From positions 1 through 46,186 of the forward strand of contig CANEIR010000016.1 in assembly GCA_947427625.1 (NCBI GenBank): DNA of 46,186 nt. The letters run 5' to 3'. Of the stretch, positions 1 through 9,864 are shown one piece after another. The notes under the pieces are model-generated. The model saw only the letters and a program-made list of their open reading frames with translations. It did not search any database and was not told the DNA's origin. Each line of letters starts with the position of its first letter. The stretch's first letter is position 1. The position numbers were made by a program, and so were the translations under genes. The stretch is from an uncultured Lachnospiraceae bacterium (GTDB taxonomy: Bacteria; Bacillota; Clostridia; Lachnospirales; Lachnospiraceae).

Positions 1-152
1 TTATCATACATTATTTTGCCAATTTATGCAATGAAGAGTTTTCAGACACACCCTAGTACAACAAACTTCCATTTTTTGAAAAAAAAACTGGATTTTCTTT
101 TTTATTTGTGTTATGATAACAATTGTTTTTACGAATACTAACAAAGACGTTA

Positions 153-211
153 GCATTTAGGATAGTGTACCCGAAATTTTGCGGCTGCTCTCTATCCTGG
201 ATGCTTTTTTT
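153..211 (+). promoter_or_regulatory. pyrG leader stem-loop followed by a T-run; candidate attenuator/terminator.
   Basis: Arms GCATTTAGGATAG (153-165) and CTATCCTGGATGC (192-204) pair, followed by TTTTTTT at 205-211, about 30 nt upstream of the pyrG RBS AGGGAAAGGGAAAT. pyrG in Firmicutes is known to be controlled by a leader terminator with CTP-sensitive reiterative transcription. Confidence 0.4.
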
Positions 212-237
212 CTTTGTTGCAGGGAAAGGGAAATAAA

Positions 238-1848
238 ATGTGTGTTAAATATGTATTTGTAACCGGCGGTGTTGTGTCTGGTCTTGGAAAAGGAATTACT
301 GCTGCATCCCTCGGCCGTCTGCTGAAAGCGCGAGGCTATCATGTCACAATGCAGAAGTTTGACCCTTATATCAACATTGACCCTGGCACGATGAATCCAA
401 TCCAGCACGGCGAAGTGTTTGTCACTGACGACGGCGCAGAAACAGATCTTGACCTTGGGCATTATGAGCGGTTTATCGATGAGAGTCTTACAAAAAATTC
501 TAATATCACAACGGGAAAAATCTACTGGTCTGTTCTTTCCAAAGAACGCCGAGGAGACTTTGGCGGCGGCACTGTGCAGGTTATCCCACATATTACAAAT
601 GAAATCAAAGATCGTTTTTACCGCCCTGAAAACGGCAAAGCGGATAAGAATAACCCACATATTGCAATTATCGAGGTCGGCGGTACGGTCGGCGATATTG
701 AAAGTCAGCCGTTTCTTGAGGCGATTCGGCAGTTCCGTCATGAGGCCGGTGCTGGAAATACAATGCTGATTCACGTTACACTTATCCCTTATTTAAAAGC
801 TTCTGGCGAGATGAAAACAAAACCGACGCAGGCGAGCGTCAAAGATCTTCAGGGCATGGGCATTCAGCCAGATCTTATTATATGCCGCACCGAATTGCCG
901 CTTGAGCCTGGAATCCGCGAAAAAATCGCGCTTTTCTGTAATGTGCCAAGCTCTCATGTCCTGCAAAATCTGGATGCGGAAACTCTTTATGAGATCCCTC
1001 TGATGATGGAAAAAGAGCATCTTGCTGACGTTGCCTGCGAATGTTTAGAGCTTCCTTTTCGGAAGGCGGATCTCCATGAATGGACCGCTATGGTCCATGC
1101 GTGGAAAAATCCAAAACAAACAGTAAAAATTGCACTTGTCGGCAAATACACACAGCTGCACGACGCATATATCAGCGTTGTAGAAGCTCTGAAACATGGA
1201 GCTGTCGCCTATCATTCAGAGGTTGAAATCAAGTGGATTTCTGCGGAAGATGTAACAGAAGCATCCGTGTCCAAACTGCTTGGTGATGTTTCTGGCGTTC
1301 TTGTTCCCGGCGGTTTTGGTCAGCGCGGCATTGAAGGAAAAATTTGTGCCATTCAGTATGCGCGTGAAAATGGCATTCCATTTCTTGGGCTTTGTCTTGG
1401 AATGCAGCTTGCAATTATAGAATTTGCACGTCACGTTATTGGGTTTGCCGATGCGCACAGCACAGAGCTTAACCCGGATACAAGTCATCCGGTAATTCAT
1501 CTAATGCCGGAACAAAATGGCGTGAAAGACCTTGGAGGCACGCTTCGCCTTGGCTCATACCCTTGTGTGTTGGAACCGGCAAGCAAAGCGTTCGCACTGT
1601 ACGGCAGCAATTTCATCGCGGAACGCCACCGCCACCGCTATGAAGTAAATAATGACTATCGCAAAGTACTTACCCAACATGGCATGTCTCTATGCGGTCT
1701 TTCCCCGGACGGTCACATTGTAGAAATAATGGAACTTCCAGACCATCCATGGTTTATCGCCACACAGGCACATCCAGAATTCAAATCGCGTCCAAACCGC
1801 CCACATCCGCTGTTTTATGGTTTTATTGGAGCTGCGCTTAAAAATTAA
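238..1848 (+). CDS. pyrG: CTP synthase.
   Basis: N-terminus [29 protein letters not shown] (synthetase P-loop). C-terminal glutamine amidotransferase domain carries GLCLGMQ and the HRHRYEVN motif. The ATG at 238 sits after a purine-rich RBS. The in-frame TTG at 214 reported by the ORF track is less likely. Confidence 0.95.
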   Translation: MCVKYVFVTGGVVSGLGKGITAASLGRLLKARGYHVTMQKFDPYINIDPGTMNPIQHGEVFVTDDGAETDLDLGHYERFIDESLTKNSNITTGKIYWSVLSKERRGDFGGGTVQVIPHITNEIKDRFYRPENGKADKNNPHIAIIEVGGTVGDIESQPFLEAIRQFRHEAGAGNTMLIHVTLIPYLKASGEMKTKPTQASVKDLQGMGIQPDLIICRTELPLEPGIREKIALFCNVPSSHVLQNLDAETLYEIPLMMEKEHLADVACECLELPFRKADLHEWTAMVHAWKNPKQTVKIALVGKYTQLHDAYISVVEALKHGAVAYHSEVEIKWISAEDVTEASVSKLLGDVSGVLVPGGFGQRGIEGKICAIQYARENGIPFLGLCLGMQLAIIEFARHVIGFADAHSTELNPDTSHPVIHLMPEQNGVKDLGGTLRLGSYPCVLEPASKAFALYGSNFIAERHRHRYEVNNDYRKVLTQHGMSLCGLSPDGHIVEIMELPDHPWFIATQAHPEFKSRPNRPHPLFYGFIGAALKN

Positions 1849-1932
1849 CTTTATTGACAAGCTTTTTTCTCCTGCTTTTTGTATTTCTTTTTTCACTGTA
1901 ATGGATGCTCGCACCGGACGCAAATAAAAAAC

Positions 1933-1976
1933 AGGAAGGAGACTTTGCAAAGTCTCCCTTTCCTTGTTTTTCTTTG
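1933..1976. terminator. Bidirectional rho-independent terminator between pyrG and the convergent GT2 gene.
   Basis: AGGAA-GGAGACTT-tgca-AAGTCTCC-ctTTCCT hairpin. It is followed by TGTTTTTCTTT on the plus strand and preceded by an A-run, so it is U-rich on the minus strand too. Confidence 0.7.
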
Positions 1977-2112
1977 ATTTGATTCCCGCAAAACTTCAAC
2001 TTGTTTTTTTGACTCAACTTCGATTTATCTTTTTTTGATATTCCGCAAAAAAGCGAACTTCACTTTTTATTTCGTCCGCCGATCAACAATACAAAGTTTT
2101 ATACTTATTGTG

Positions 2113-3135
2113 CTACTTCCGCGCTTGTAAAAATTCCTCTTCCAGCTTGCGGTACTGTTTTGCATCTTCTATATTGCCAAGCTGTTCATGACATTCTGCC
2201 AGCCTTCCAGCTGGGCGACTGCCGCTCATTGTCAAATTTAAATCAGGTTCTGTTTCATAAATCGCATTATAGTACCAAATTAGTGCCTCATAAATATTGT
2301 TTTTTGAACGATAATATTCTCCCAGCTCAAAACATATTTCGGAGGACGCTTTTTCCAATGCGACATTTTTTAAAGCACACTGAAAAAAGAGTTCTGTGTC
2401 TCCGACAATACGAGCGCTATGTGCAAGCACGCACAGCGATTGTTTTAGTATCGTCTCATCGGATGTCTGTTCCAGTTTCTTTTTAAAAAACGGCATCGCC
2501 TGTTCGAAATCCCGCTCTGTGCCGGATATCATCAACTCCCTTGCATACATGCCTGTCAGATGTTTTGACAAGTCTCCCTCGCGCCAGATCGCCTTTAAAA
2601 ACATGGAGAAATCCCGCTCTGAATGTGCAGATACTGGAACATGCTTCACCCGGATATCTGTGTCGAGAATCACCGGTTCAAGCCGCACCATCTCATGTAC
2701 TGCACCTTGCCATTTAAATTCTCTGATTCTGCGGTAAAGTTTTGGCCGCAGCTCTTCATCATAATTATAGGTAGTTCCAAATTCGAGCTGATTTGTATAT
2801 AACATCTGAACAATCTCCACGGATGGATCAAGTGTTCTTTTCAGATGCAAAAATCGTTCATGTTCCGCATATTCTAATACCTCGTCCGCATCAGCCACAT
2901 AAATATATTGCATACTTGCTTTTTGAAAAGAAAAGTTCCTCGCTGCGGAAAAATCATCAATCCACTCAAAGTCATACACCTTGTCTGTATATTCCAGCGC
3001 AATCTCCTTTGTGGCATCTGTAGAACCAGTATCAACAATAATAATCTCTTCTGCAAGCCCCTTTAAACTTTCCAGACAGCGCGCAAGTACTTTTTCCTCA
3101 TTTTTTACTATCATGCAGATGCTAATTGTTACCAT
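2113..3135 (-). CDS. GT2 family glycosyltransferase with a C-terminal TPR-like domain (SunS-like fold family).
   Basis: N-terminus ISICMIVKNEEKVLARCLESLKGLAEEIIIVDTGSTDATKEI...WIDDFSAARNFSF...YVADADE. This is the GT-A DxD-type domain pattern shared with SunS/ThuS-type peptide glycosyltransferases. The C-terminal half is helical repeats (TPR-like). RBS is GGGAGGAG 6 nt upstream. Confidence 0.75.
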   Translation of the reverse strand: MVTISICMIVKNEEKVLARCLESLKGLAEEIIIVDTGSTDATKEIALEYTDKVYDFEWIDDFSAARNFSFQKASMQYIYVADADEVLEYAEHERFLHLKRTLDPSVEIVQMLYTNQLEFGTTYNYDEELRPKLYRRIREFKWQGAVHEMVRLEPVILDTDIRVKHVPVSAHSERDFSMFLKAIWREGDLSKHLTGMYARELMISGTERDFEQAMPFFKKKLEQTSDETILKQSLCVLAHSARIVGDTELFFQCALKNVALEKASSEICFELGEYYRSKNNIYEALIWYYNAIYETEPDLNLTMSGSRPAGRLAECHEQLGNIEDAKQYRKLEEEFLQARK

Positions 3136-3317
3136 TGTGCTCCTCCCGCTACTGAAAAACTATAAAGATATTTCCAATTTTATCACGAAAACAACAAAAC
3201 TCAAAAAAATAATCCGTAATTTTTAACAATCCAGCCTTACACTGTATGACAAAGGCTGGACTGTTATTGTGTTTTTACTTTATTACTTATTAAATATTAG
3301 ATCTGTGAGCTGTTATA

Positions 3318-4724
3318 TTAATAAACAGAATATGGAATCTCCTCGTCCTCTGCAAACTCATGTCCCGCAGAATTTCTCTTGACACGCAGTTTCAAAGACT
3401 CGTTGCAGTTATCAAAAACGCCTGAACCAATATCTTCAACAGAGGATGGAATCGTTGCGCTCTTTAACAATTCACAGCTGTCAAACGCGCCGCTTCCAAG
3501 ATACTCTAAGGAAGTTGGCAGCGATACGGTTGTCAGTTTAAGGCAACCTGAAAATGCATAATCATCCAAATATTCAAGCCCTGACTTCAGTGTGAGGGTT
3601 GCAAGTTTTTCACAGTATTCAAATGCACTTGCCCCAATTGTTTTTACTGTCGATGGAATCGAGACGGATGTAAGAGATACACACTCATAAAATGCCTCGT
3701 CGCCAATCGCCTTTACAGATCCAAGTTCTACGGTCTTTAAAGCGCTGCATCCAGAAAACGTGCCTGACAGCAATTCTTCGATGCCCTTCGGCAGACTAAC
3801 CTGCGTCAATGATTCACAATATTCAAATGCACCCTCTCCAAGATACTTCAAACCTGACGGCAGTTCGATCTGCATTAAAGAACTGCAGGAACCAAACGCA
3901 TAATCGCCAATACTTGTAACGGTAGATGGAATCTTGACTGTCTTTAAATCATAAAGCCCCTCAAACGCGCCGTCTCCGATTGCTGTAACTTTGTAATTTG
4001 CAAACGAATTTGGAATAATCAGCGAAGTCACAGTCGAATCATAAACTTCCGTGATAATAACGCCTCCATCTTCCACATCATAGCCAAACAGCTCGTCTTC
4101 TGGAAGCTCTTCCTCCTCCTTTTCCTCCTGCGGCGGTGCTACAACGCTGATTGTTGCAGTGCTGGTCTTTCCGCTTGTCGCATCCTTAAACGTTACCTTT
4201 ACGGTACCTTCCTTCTTCGCGGTAAGTATTTTGGTCTTTTCATTGATTGTAGCAACCGTTTTGTCCGATACAGTCCAAGTCTCTGACACATCCTTCAAGC
4301 CGTAAGTTTTTCCGACCATCTGAAATGTTTCACCGACGGTCATAGTCTCTGGTTTGCTTGTGATTTTTACATAAGGATTGCTCACTGTAACAGCAATTTT
4401 ATAAGTGTAGGTCTTGCTTGACTGCTTAATCGAAACTGTGACTGTCGCGCTTCCTTTTGCAACTGGCTTGATCGTGCCGGTTGTTGTCACTTTTGCAATT
4501 TTTGTATCTGAACTTTTATAAGTTACCTTACTGGATTTTGCCAGATCTTTAAATTTGATCTTATAACTGTCCCCGCCGACATACAATGTCTTTTTTTTCA
4601 CTGTAACCGTCGGCGCTGTGGCGGCATCCACCCTTCCAGATGGTACTATATGCACTGCTGCCAATACAAAAAGCATCAAAAAGACGGTCACTTTTTTCTT
4701 CCAGTTCCCATAGATACGATCCAT
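3318..4724 (-). CDS. Secreted cell-surface protein with Big_2 Ig-like domains and BspA-type leucine-rich repeats.
   Basis: Signal peptide MDRIYGNWKKKVTVFLMLFVLAAVHIV...VDA-A. There are two Big_2-like beta domains. The C-terminal ~23-aa repeats read IPSTVTSIGDYAFGSCSSL / LPSGLKYLGEGAFEYCESL (LRR_5/BspA type). RBS AAGAGGA precedes the ATG at 4724. The longer ORF beginning at 4772 lacks an RBS. Confidence 0.8.
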   Translation of the reverse strand: MDRIYGNWKKKVTVFLMLFVLAAVHIVPSGRVDAATAPTVTVKKKTLYVGGDSYKIKFKDLAKSSKVTYKSSDTKIAKVTTTGTIKPVAKGSATVTVSIKQSSKTYTYKIAVTVSNPYVKITSKPETMTVGETFQMVGKTYGLKDVSETWTVSDKTVATINEKTKILTAKKEGTVKVTFKDATSGKTSTATISVVAPPQEEKEEEELPEDELFGYDVEDGGVIITEVYDSTVTSLIIPNSFANYKVTAIGDGAFEGLYDLKTVKIPSTVTSIGDYAFGSCSSLMQIELPSGLKYLGEGAFEYCESLTQVSLPKGIEELLSGTFSGCSALKTVELGSVKAIGDEAFYECVSLTSVSIPSTVKTIGASAFEYCEKLATLTLKSGLEYLDDYAFSGCLKLTTVSLPTSLEYLGSGAFDSCELLKSATIPSSVEDIGSGVFDNCNESLKLRVKRNSAGHEFAEDEEIPYSVY

Positions 4725-4782
4725 TGTATTCCTCTTTCTGCGCATTCTATGCGACTTGATCTCCAAAAACAAAAAACGCTCT

Positions 4783-5889
4783 TTACGGCATAATTACAAT
4801 CTCATACTCATAATCTTCCAGCTCTGATTCATAATACTCTGCTGATGTTTCCTTTACATAAACCTTTTCCATAGATTCACAATAATCAAAGATATTTTCA
4901 CCGAGCGAAACTTTCGTTTCTGGAAATGTGATACTTTCCAATCCTGAATTGTAAAACGCCTGATTGCCTATGTAAGTCAAGCTCTCCGGTAAAGTAATGC
5001 TCTTTAAAGATTCACACGCCCAAAAAGCTTCCTGCCCAATGGTGACAATTCCTTCTGGAATAACAACCTCCGACAGCGCATAACAATTTGTGAACATTCC
5101 GTAGGAAATATTTTTTAAAGATACCGGAATTTCTATGCGCTCCAGTGCTGTACAGTCAAAAAACAAATTTTCTCCTGTCGTTTCCAGCGTCTCTGGCAAT
5201 TTGACATCCTCCAGCGCAGAACAGCCACAAAAAGCTTCTTCTCCAAGACTTTCCACACCCTCCGGCAAATGGATGCTCTCAAGCATCTCACATCCTGAAA
5301 ATGCACTGTCTCCAATCACACGCGGACTTTTTCGGAATATAACCTCCACGAGATCCCCGCATCCCTGAAAGGCTGTCTTGCCAATCACTTCGATATTTCT
5401 TCCGATCTCCACGGATGTAAGATCGTAAAAATATGCAAAAACATCTTCCTCAATCTCCGTAACTCGATATGTTTTTCCTTCATATTCAAGTTCGTCCGGT
5501 ATCACAAGTTTTGTCATTTCAATATCGTAGTAATCCACGATTGACATTGTGTCGTCCCCGGTAATCTCATAATTGACCCCGCCATAAGACAAAAGTCCTG
5601 TTATCTCATCCTGCACTGCTACTCCTTTTTCATTTTCGTTTTCCGTAATTACACCTCCTTGTTCAATATCGTCCTCCCCCTGTGTCGGAGCGTCCGGCGG
5701 CACCACGCCAGGCTCATCCGTCACGGATGGGGAAGGAGTTGTAAGATCCTCCGCTGCTTGTGTTACCTGTGGCTCCTGCGTATTGCCTGGACTTGGCATA
5801 ATCTCATCACCATCTTTATTGCCGCAGGCAGCCAGCAGCAAAAAACCTGCTGTAACCATCCCTTTTTTCCAATATTTTCTTTGAATCAT
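4783..5889 (-). CDS. BspA-type LRR lipoprotein.
   Basis: Lipobox MIQRKYWKKGMVTAGFLLLAAC-GN, then a Pro/Thr/Glu-rich linker, then ~22-aa LRR_5 repeats (IGKTAFQGCGDL, IGDSAFSGCEML, LGEEAFCGCSAL...). RBS is GGAGG 5 nt upstream. Confidence 0.8.
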   Translation of the reverse strand: MIQRKYWKKGMVTAGFLLLAACGNKDGDEIMPSPGNTQEPQVTQAAEDLTTPSPSVTDEPGVVPPDAPTQGEDDIEQGGVITENENEKGVAVQDEITGLLSYGGVNYEITGDDTMSIVDYYDIEMTKLVIPDELEYEGKTYRVTEIEEDVFAYFYDLTSVEIGRNIEVIGKTAFQGCGDLVEVIFRKSPRVIGDSAFSGCEMLESIHLPEGVESLGEEAFCGCSALEDVKLPETLETTGENLFFDCTALERIEIPVSLKNISYGMFTNCYALSEVVIPEGIVTIGQEAFWACESLKSITLPESLTYIGNQAFYNSGLESITFPETKVSLGENIFDYCESMEKVYVKETSAEYYESELEDYEYEIVIMP

Positions 5890-6085
5890 CTTACCTCCAC
5901 ATGAAATCCTTTGCTATCCATCCCACACCTAAAGGAGTAGGCTTTTCGCACAATTTCTTGTAATTTATCAAACAATCTCTGTGTTTAGATAAGTATAACA
6001 TCTTCTATAGATTACTGCAACGATTTTCAATAAAATATAGAATTGCATATAGGTATATCGGCAAAATACAATGGTTTCTTTAGTT

Positions 6086-7408
6086 CTACGGGGTAAGTCG
6101 ATGAATGTCACGCGGGAACAAAGTCGCTTGTCTGACATTTTCTCTGCCAAGCAGCCGTGCGGTAAAACGCTCCAATCCAAGCCCCAATCCGCCATGAGGC
6201 GGCATACCATACTTGTGCATCATTAAGTAGGATTCAAAACTTTCCTTATTTATATTACGCCGTTCCATCTTTTCCACTTGAGCTGTGTAATCATGTATCC
6301 TTTGCCCCCCGGTTGTCACCTCCAGCCCTCGAAACAAAAGGTCAAAACTCTGTGTTTCCGTTGGATTTCCTGGTGTTTCCATCGCATAAAACGGTCGTTT
6401 TGCAGACGGATAATGAGTCACAAATACAAATTCACACCCTGTTTGTTCCTGGAGCAGCTCACAGAGCAGACGTTCCTCCTCCGGCTCAAAATCTTCTTTA
6501 TCAGCAATTTTTCGTTTGTACTTTTCTGCGACAAGCTCTTTTGCATCCTGAAACCGCACGGTTGGAATATCCAAAACTTTTGGTATGCACACTTTCAAAA
6601 GTTCAAGTTCATCTGGTACAGATTTTTTTAGCATCTCCATCGCAAAAGCAATCATACCGGTCTCCATCTCCATAATTTCCTCAAAACTTTGAATATATCC
6701 CATCTCAAAATCCACTCCGGTATACTCGTTTAAATGTCTTGAAGTATCATGTTTTTCCGCGCGAAACACCGGTCCAATCTCATACACTCTCTCAAACACC
6801 CCAACCATCATCTGTTTATAAAACTGTGGGCTTTGCGCCAAATATGCCTGCCTTCCAAAATAGTCTAATTTAAAAATATTTGCTCCGCCCTCCGCGCCTT
6901 CGGAGACAAGTTTTGGCGTGTGTATTTCCGTAAATCCCTGCTGCTCTAAAAAACTGCGAAACGCACGGCACAGACATGACTGAATGCGGAACACTGCGCG
7001 CTCCCTCTCGTTGCGCAGTGAGAGCGGGCGATAGTCAAACATATTCTCAAAGGAAGTGTTAATCTCTTTATTTCCAACCTGAAATGGCAGTTCTGCAGCA
7101 GGCTTTGAAAGTACTGTAACTTTTATTAGATGCATCTCATATCCGCCCTTTGCTCTTGGTTCTGCCACAACCATAGCATCCGCGGCAATGCATGCCTCCT
7201 CGCAGAGCGTTTCCAACAAAAAATTTGACTCTTCGTCCCATAGGCATTGTTCCACTCCATCCACTGTGCGCAGCAATACAAATGCAAATCCTCTCATCTT
7301 CCGAATCTTTGTCACTGCGCCGTGCAGTTTCACAATCTGCCCCGCCATACTTTTGTAATCCGTTTTTTTACAATAATCTGCCGCCTTTACAAAATGAACC
7401 TGTTCCAT
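6086..7408 (-). CDS. Class II aminoacyl-tRNA synthetase, AspRS (archaeal/non-discriminating type) or AsnRS.
   Basis: N-terminal OB anticodon-binding fold, motif 1/2 region [28 protein letters not shown]...[22 protein letters not shown], and motif 3 [10 protein letters not shown]. The ATG at 7408 (MEQVHF) follows AATGGAGGTATTTTT. The in-frame extension to 7540 is leader sequence. Confidence 0.8.
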   Translation of the reverse strand: MEQVHFVKAADYCKKTDYKSMAGQIVKLHGAVTKIRKMRGFAFVLLRTVDGVEQCLWDEESNFLLETLCEEACIAADAMVVAEPRAKGGYEMHLIKVTVLSKPAAELPFQVGNKEINTSFENMFDYRPLSLRNERERAVFRIQSCLCRAFRSFLEQQGFTEIHTPKLVSEGAEGGANIFKLDYFGRQAYLAQSPQFYKQMMVGVFERVYEIGPVFRAEKHDTSRHLNEYTGVDFEMGYIQSFEEIMEMETGMIAFAMEMLKKSVPDELELLKVCIPKVLDIPTVRFQDAKELVAEKYKRKIADKEDFEPEEERLLCELLQEQTGCEFVFVTHYPSAKRPFYAMETPGNPTETQSFDLLFRGLEVTTGGQRIHDYTAQVEKMERRNINKESFESYLMMHKYGMPPHGGLGLGLERFTARLLGRENVRQATLFPRDIHRLTP

Positions 7409-7473
7409 AAAAATACCTCCATTATTTTTAAATTTTTTTGTCGCTGTAAGCGGTAAGCGAGCGTGCGCATATG

Positions 7474-7518
7474 AAAAAAAGACCACACGAGTATCCTGTT
7501 CCTGATACAAGTGTGGTC
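7474..7518 (-). terminator. Leader terminator hairpin upstream of the tRNA synthetase gene.
   Basis: On the minus strand: GACCACAC-TTGTATCAGGAACAGGATACTC-GTGTGGTC followed by TTTTTTT, about 65 nt upstream of the synthetase start codon. Confidence 0.65.
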
Positions 7519-7640
7519 TCGCTATCTTCCACACAGGCACAGCACAAAGAGCGCATGCACCTGTGTTTTAACTTCACAGTTACATGCGCTGCCTATCGTC
7601 GTCCCTGTTTACATTGTGGATGATATACAGCATTGTTGCA
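7519..7640 (-). promoter_or_regulatory. Possible T-box-type leader (antiterminator plus specifier region). Tentative.
   Basis: Immediately 5' of the terminator, GTGTGG-AAGATAGC can pair with the terminator 5' arm (CCACAC) as an alternative antiterminator with a UGGA bulge. Upstream lies GGGACGACGAUAGG, which contains GAC (Asp) codons. There is no clean AGGGUGGNACCGCG T-box consensus. Confidence 0.3.
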
Positions 7641-7894
7641 TTCCTCTTTCTGCTGTCAAAAATAAAAAACAGCCATTATCATATAATCATTTTTGTGTTC
7701 TTCCGCCAATTTTACCATGTCATTTTTTGTTTGTCAAGATATTTTTCGGTTTTTCCTGAATTTTCCTTCAATTTTCTTGTATCTTTCTTCTTACAAAACA
7801 TGTTTCGATAAAAAAATAAATTTTTTTCGATTTTTTTCAATTTTTCTCTTTTCTTCTATCATAATATATGTTATAATCAGTCATGTATTAACCA

Positions 7895-7926
7895 TTGATT
7901 GGCGGGCGGTATATCCTGTCAATCAA
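7895..7926. promoter_or_regulatory. Inverted repeat TTGATTG-N18-CAATCAA upstream of the XRE regulator; candidate autoregulatory operator.
   Basis: Seen directly, roughly 20-45 nt upstream of the XRE start codon and just downstream of a TTATAAT -10-like element. Confidence 0.3.
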
Positions 7927-7961
7927 AATCTAAATAGAAAAAGGTGACACAGGTGATCAAC

Positions 7962-8174
7962 ATGGACTACAAAAAGCGCATCCGTGACTTAAGGCAGGAA
8001 AACGATTTGACGCAGGAGTTTGTTGCAAGAAATGTTCTTGGCATCTCTCAGACCATGTATGCCAGATATGAGCGCGGTGCAAATGAAATGCCGATCAGAC
8101 ATCTCATTTCCCTGAGCAAGTATTATCAGGTTACTACGGATTTTATCCTCGCTCTCACGGACAAGAGGAATTAG
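7962..8174 (+). CDS. XRE-family helix-turn-helix transcriptional regulator (70 aa).
   Basis: MDYKKRIRDLRQENDLTQEFVARNVLGISQTMYARYERGANEMPIRHLISL is a classic HTH_3. The ATG at 7962 has AGGTGA 7 nt upstream. The ORF track's start at 7944 is a GTG with a poor RBS. Confidence 0.8.
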   Translation: MDYKKRIRDLRQENDLTQEFVARNVLGISQTMYARYERGANEMPIRHLISLSKYYQVTTDFILALTDKRN

Positions 8175-8198
8175 CGCGCAAAAAAATGTAAAACAAAA

Positions 8199-8236
8199 AA
8201 CGGTGAACGTCTTTTGACTGTTCACCGTTTTTTGTT
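8199..8236. terminator. Bidirectional terminator shared by the XRE gene and the convergent GH30 gene.
   Basis: AACGGTGAAC-gtcttttgact-GTTCACCGTT followed by TTTTTTG, with an A-run on the other side. Confidence 0.75.
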
Positions 8237-8319
8237 TTATCGATCCACGGCTTGAATAAAAAGCCCTTCCGTTTTTAGCGACGTGCAAAAAATACATTCT
8301 GCTCGGTCAAAAAACATCT

Positions 8320-9864
8320 TTATTTTGACAATACAACTGTGGTAACAGAACCATTTGTAATTGTAATTGGCTGTGTGTTCGACCATTCTCCTTCCAACAC
8401 GCACTCCAAATCGTACTTATCTGAAGTTTCATAGACAGCGATATGATTGTAGCCGTCTGCGCCCTCCAAAATAAATTCCTGTTTTAATACATCCTCATTG
8501 ACAAACACCATCACAAGCTCATCTGCACCAGTTTCTTCGTTTGTACCGACAAACGCTGTCGGCATCATTTTCTCCTGCGCTCTGCGCGTTGTTTCAAGCT
8601 CAATGCGGACATAGCCTGGACGGACATAACGGGAATAATTTCCAAAACTCCAAAGTCTTTTTAATGCGCGGAACTTTTGAGTGCTCTCGTCGATATAGAT
8701 CAAACCGTCCCGATATCCTCCCGGCGCAACTCCTACCCAGTTGCTCCACGAAACAACATTCAATATCGTCAAATCTTCTGCAATCTGCTGTGCAATATGG
8801 AATGCAGAATCCATTGTAACATCCGATCCATTCACCATCTCGCACCATTCGCTCATGCGAAGTTTTGTATCTGGGTAATGAATCTTCATCCAATTGCGGA
8901 AACTTTCCTTTGCAATATTGTTTGACCAGTACGAATGATTATCAATTGCATCAAAATGGGCAGCAAGTCTCTCGTTTCCAAGAATTGCCTGCGTGTAATC
9001 TTTCGCCATTCCGCCCCACTCTCCGCTCTCTGGTCCAGAAAGATGCAGTTTTGAAAGTAACTCTGGTCGCTTCTCCAGCTCATCCAAAAAAGCAAGATAA
9101 AGCGCTCTTGTTTCCTTTGCAGAATAATGACATCCCTCCTGCCCGTTATACCAATCCCACTGCGGTTCATTGATCGGCGACAAAAACTTAACCGGAATAC
9201 CATCATCAATAAAATGCTCCACAACATCATAGCAATAATTTGCAAAATCATCATAATTTTCCGGCTGAATATTGGTTTTGCTGCCCCCTTCGCTCATATG
9301 AGGCAGTCCGTTGTCCGTCAGACGCACAAGCGGGCTATTGCAAAAAAATGTGACTTCTTCTACGCCAAGTTCCACCGCTTTTTTCATAAACCAAACTGCA
9401 TTCGCATCTTTCGTAAAATCATACACTCCAGGTTCTGTTTCAAAGCATTGTGCTTTCCGGTGATTATCCCAGAATGTCCCTGTTCTGCTCTCAACCGAAC
9501 CAGCCCCCAAATTATAGCGATAAGCAGTCAGGCCAATCCCTTCCTCCTTGTCAAACAGCAGTGTTGCAATCGCATCTCTTGTCGCAGTGCCATTTCCATA
9601 AGGATCTTTTGTAAAACCTCCAACATACTGAGACCACCATGCGCTGCTTGTTCCGAAACTCTCCATCGTCTGGTATGTTGTCGTTTCATCTACCTTAATC
9701 TTATCATATTTCGCTGTGACATCCTCGGTTGGAACCGGAGTTGGAGTTGGCTCCGGCGTCGGTTCTTCCGCCTTGGTTATCGTCGGAGTCGGCTCCTCAT
9801 TCTGTCCCGAATCCCCGCACCCAACTGCTGCAATACCAAGAACTATCGCCAATCCTGCTGCCAT
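8320..9864 (-). CDS. Glycoside hydrolase family 30-like lipoprotein (candidate endo-beta-1,6-glycanase).
   Basis: Lipobox MAAGLAIVLGIAAVGC-GDSG with a PT-rich linker. The (beta/alpha)8 region carries the NEP acid/base motif (FLSPINEPQWDW), and the sequence opens with ESFGTSSAWW typical of GH30. RBS GGAG precedes the ATG at 9864. Confidence 0.6.
   Translation of the reverse strand: MAAGLAIVLGIAAVGCGDSGQNEEPTPTITKAEEPTPEPTPTPVPTEDVTAKYDKIKVDETTTYQTMESFGTSSAWWSQYVGGFTKDPYGNGTATRDAIATLLFDKEEGIGLTAYRYNLGAGSVESRTGTFWDNHRKAQCFETEPGVYDFTKDANAVWFMKKAVELGVEEVTFFCNSPLVRLTDNGLPHMSEGGSKTNIQPENYDDFANYCYDVVEHFIDDGIPVKFLSPINEPQWDWYNGQEGCHYSAKETRALYLAFLDELEKRPELLSKLHLSGPESGEWGGMAKDYTQAILGNERLAAHFDAIDNHSYWSNNIAKESFRNWMKIHYPDTKLRMSEWCEMVNGSDVTMDSAFHIAQQIAEDLTILNVVSWSNWVGVAPGGYRDGLIYIDESTQKFRALKRLWSFGNYSRYVRPGYVRIELETTRRAQEKMMPTAFVGTNEETGADELVMVFVNEDVLKQEFILEGADGYNHIAVYETSDKYDLECVLEGEWSNTQPITITNGSVTTVVLSK

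Noticed and set aside
419-769. 116-aa plus-strand ORF and 205-aa minus-strand ORF (157-774) overlapping pyrG.
   Set aside because: They lie entirely inside or antisense to the well-supported CTP synthase frame. Their composition is low-complexity and there is no RBS.
5968-6210. 80-aa minus-strand ORF overlapping the 3' end of the tRNA synthetase gene.
   Set aside because: It overlaps a confident CDS in another frame and has no homology-like features.
7409-7540. N-terminal 44-aa extension of the tRNA synthetase ORF (start at 7540).
   Set aside because: The downstream ATG at 7408 has a strong GGAGG RBS and begins the conserved OB-fold domain. The extension covers the leader and terminator region.
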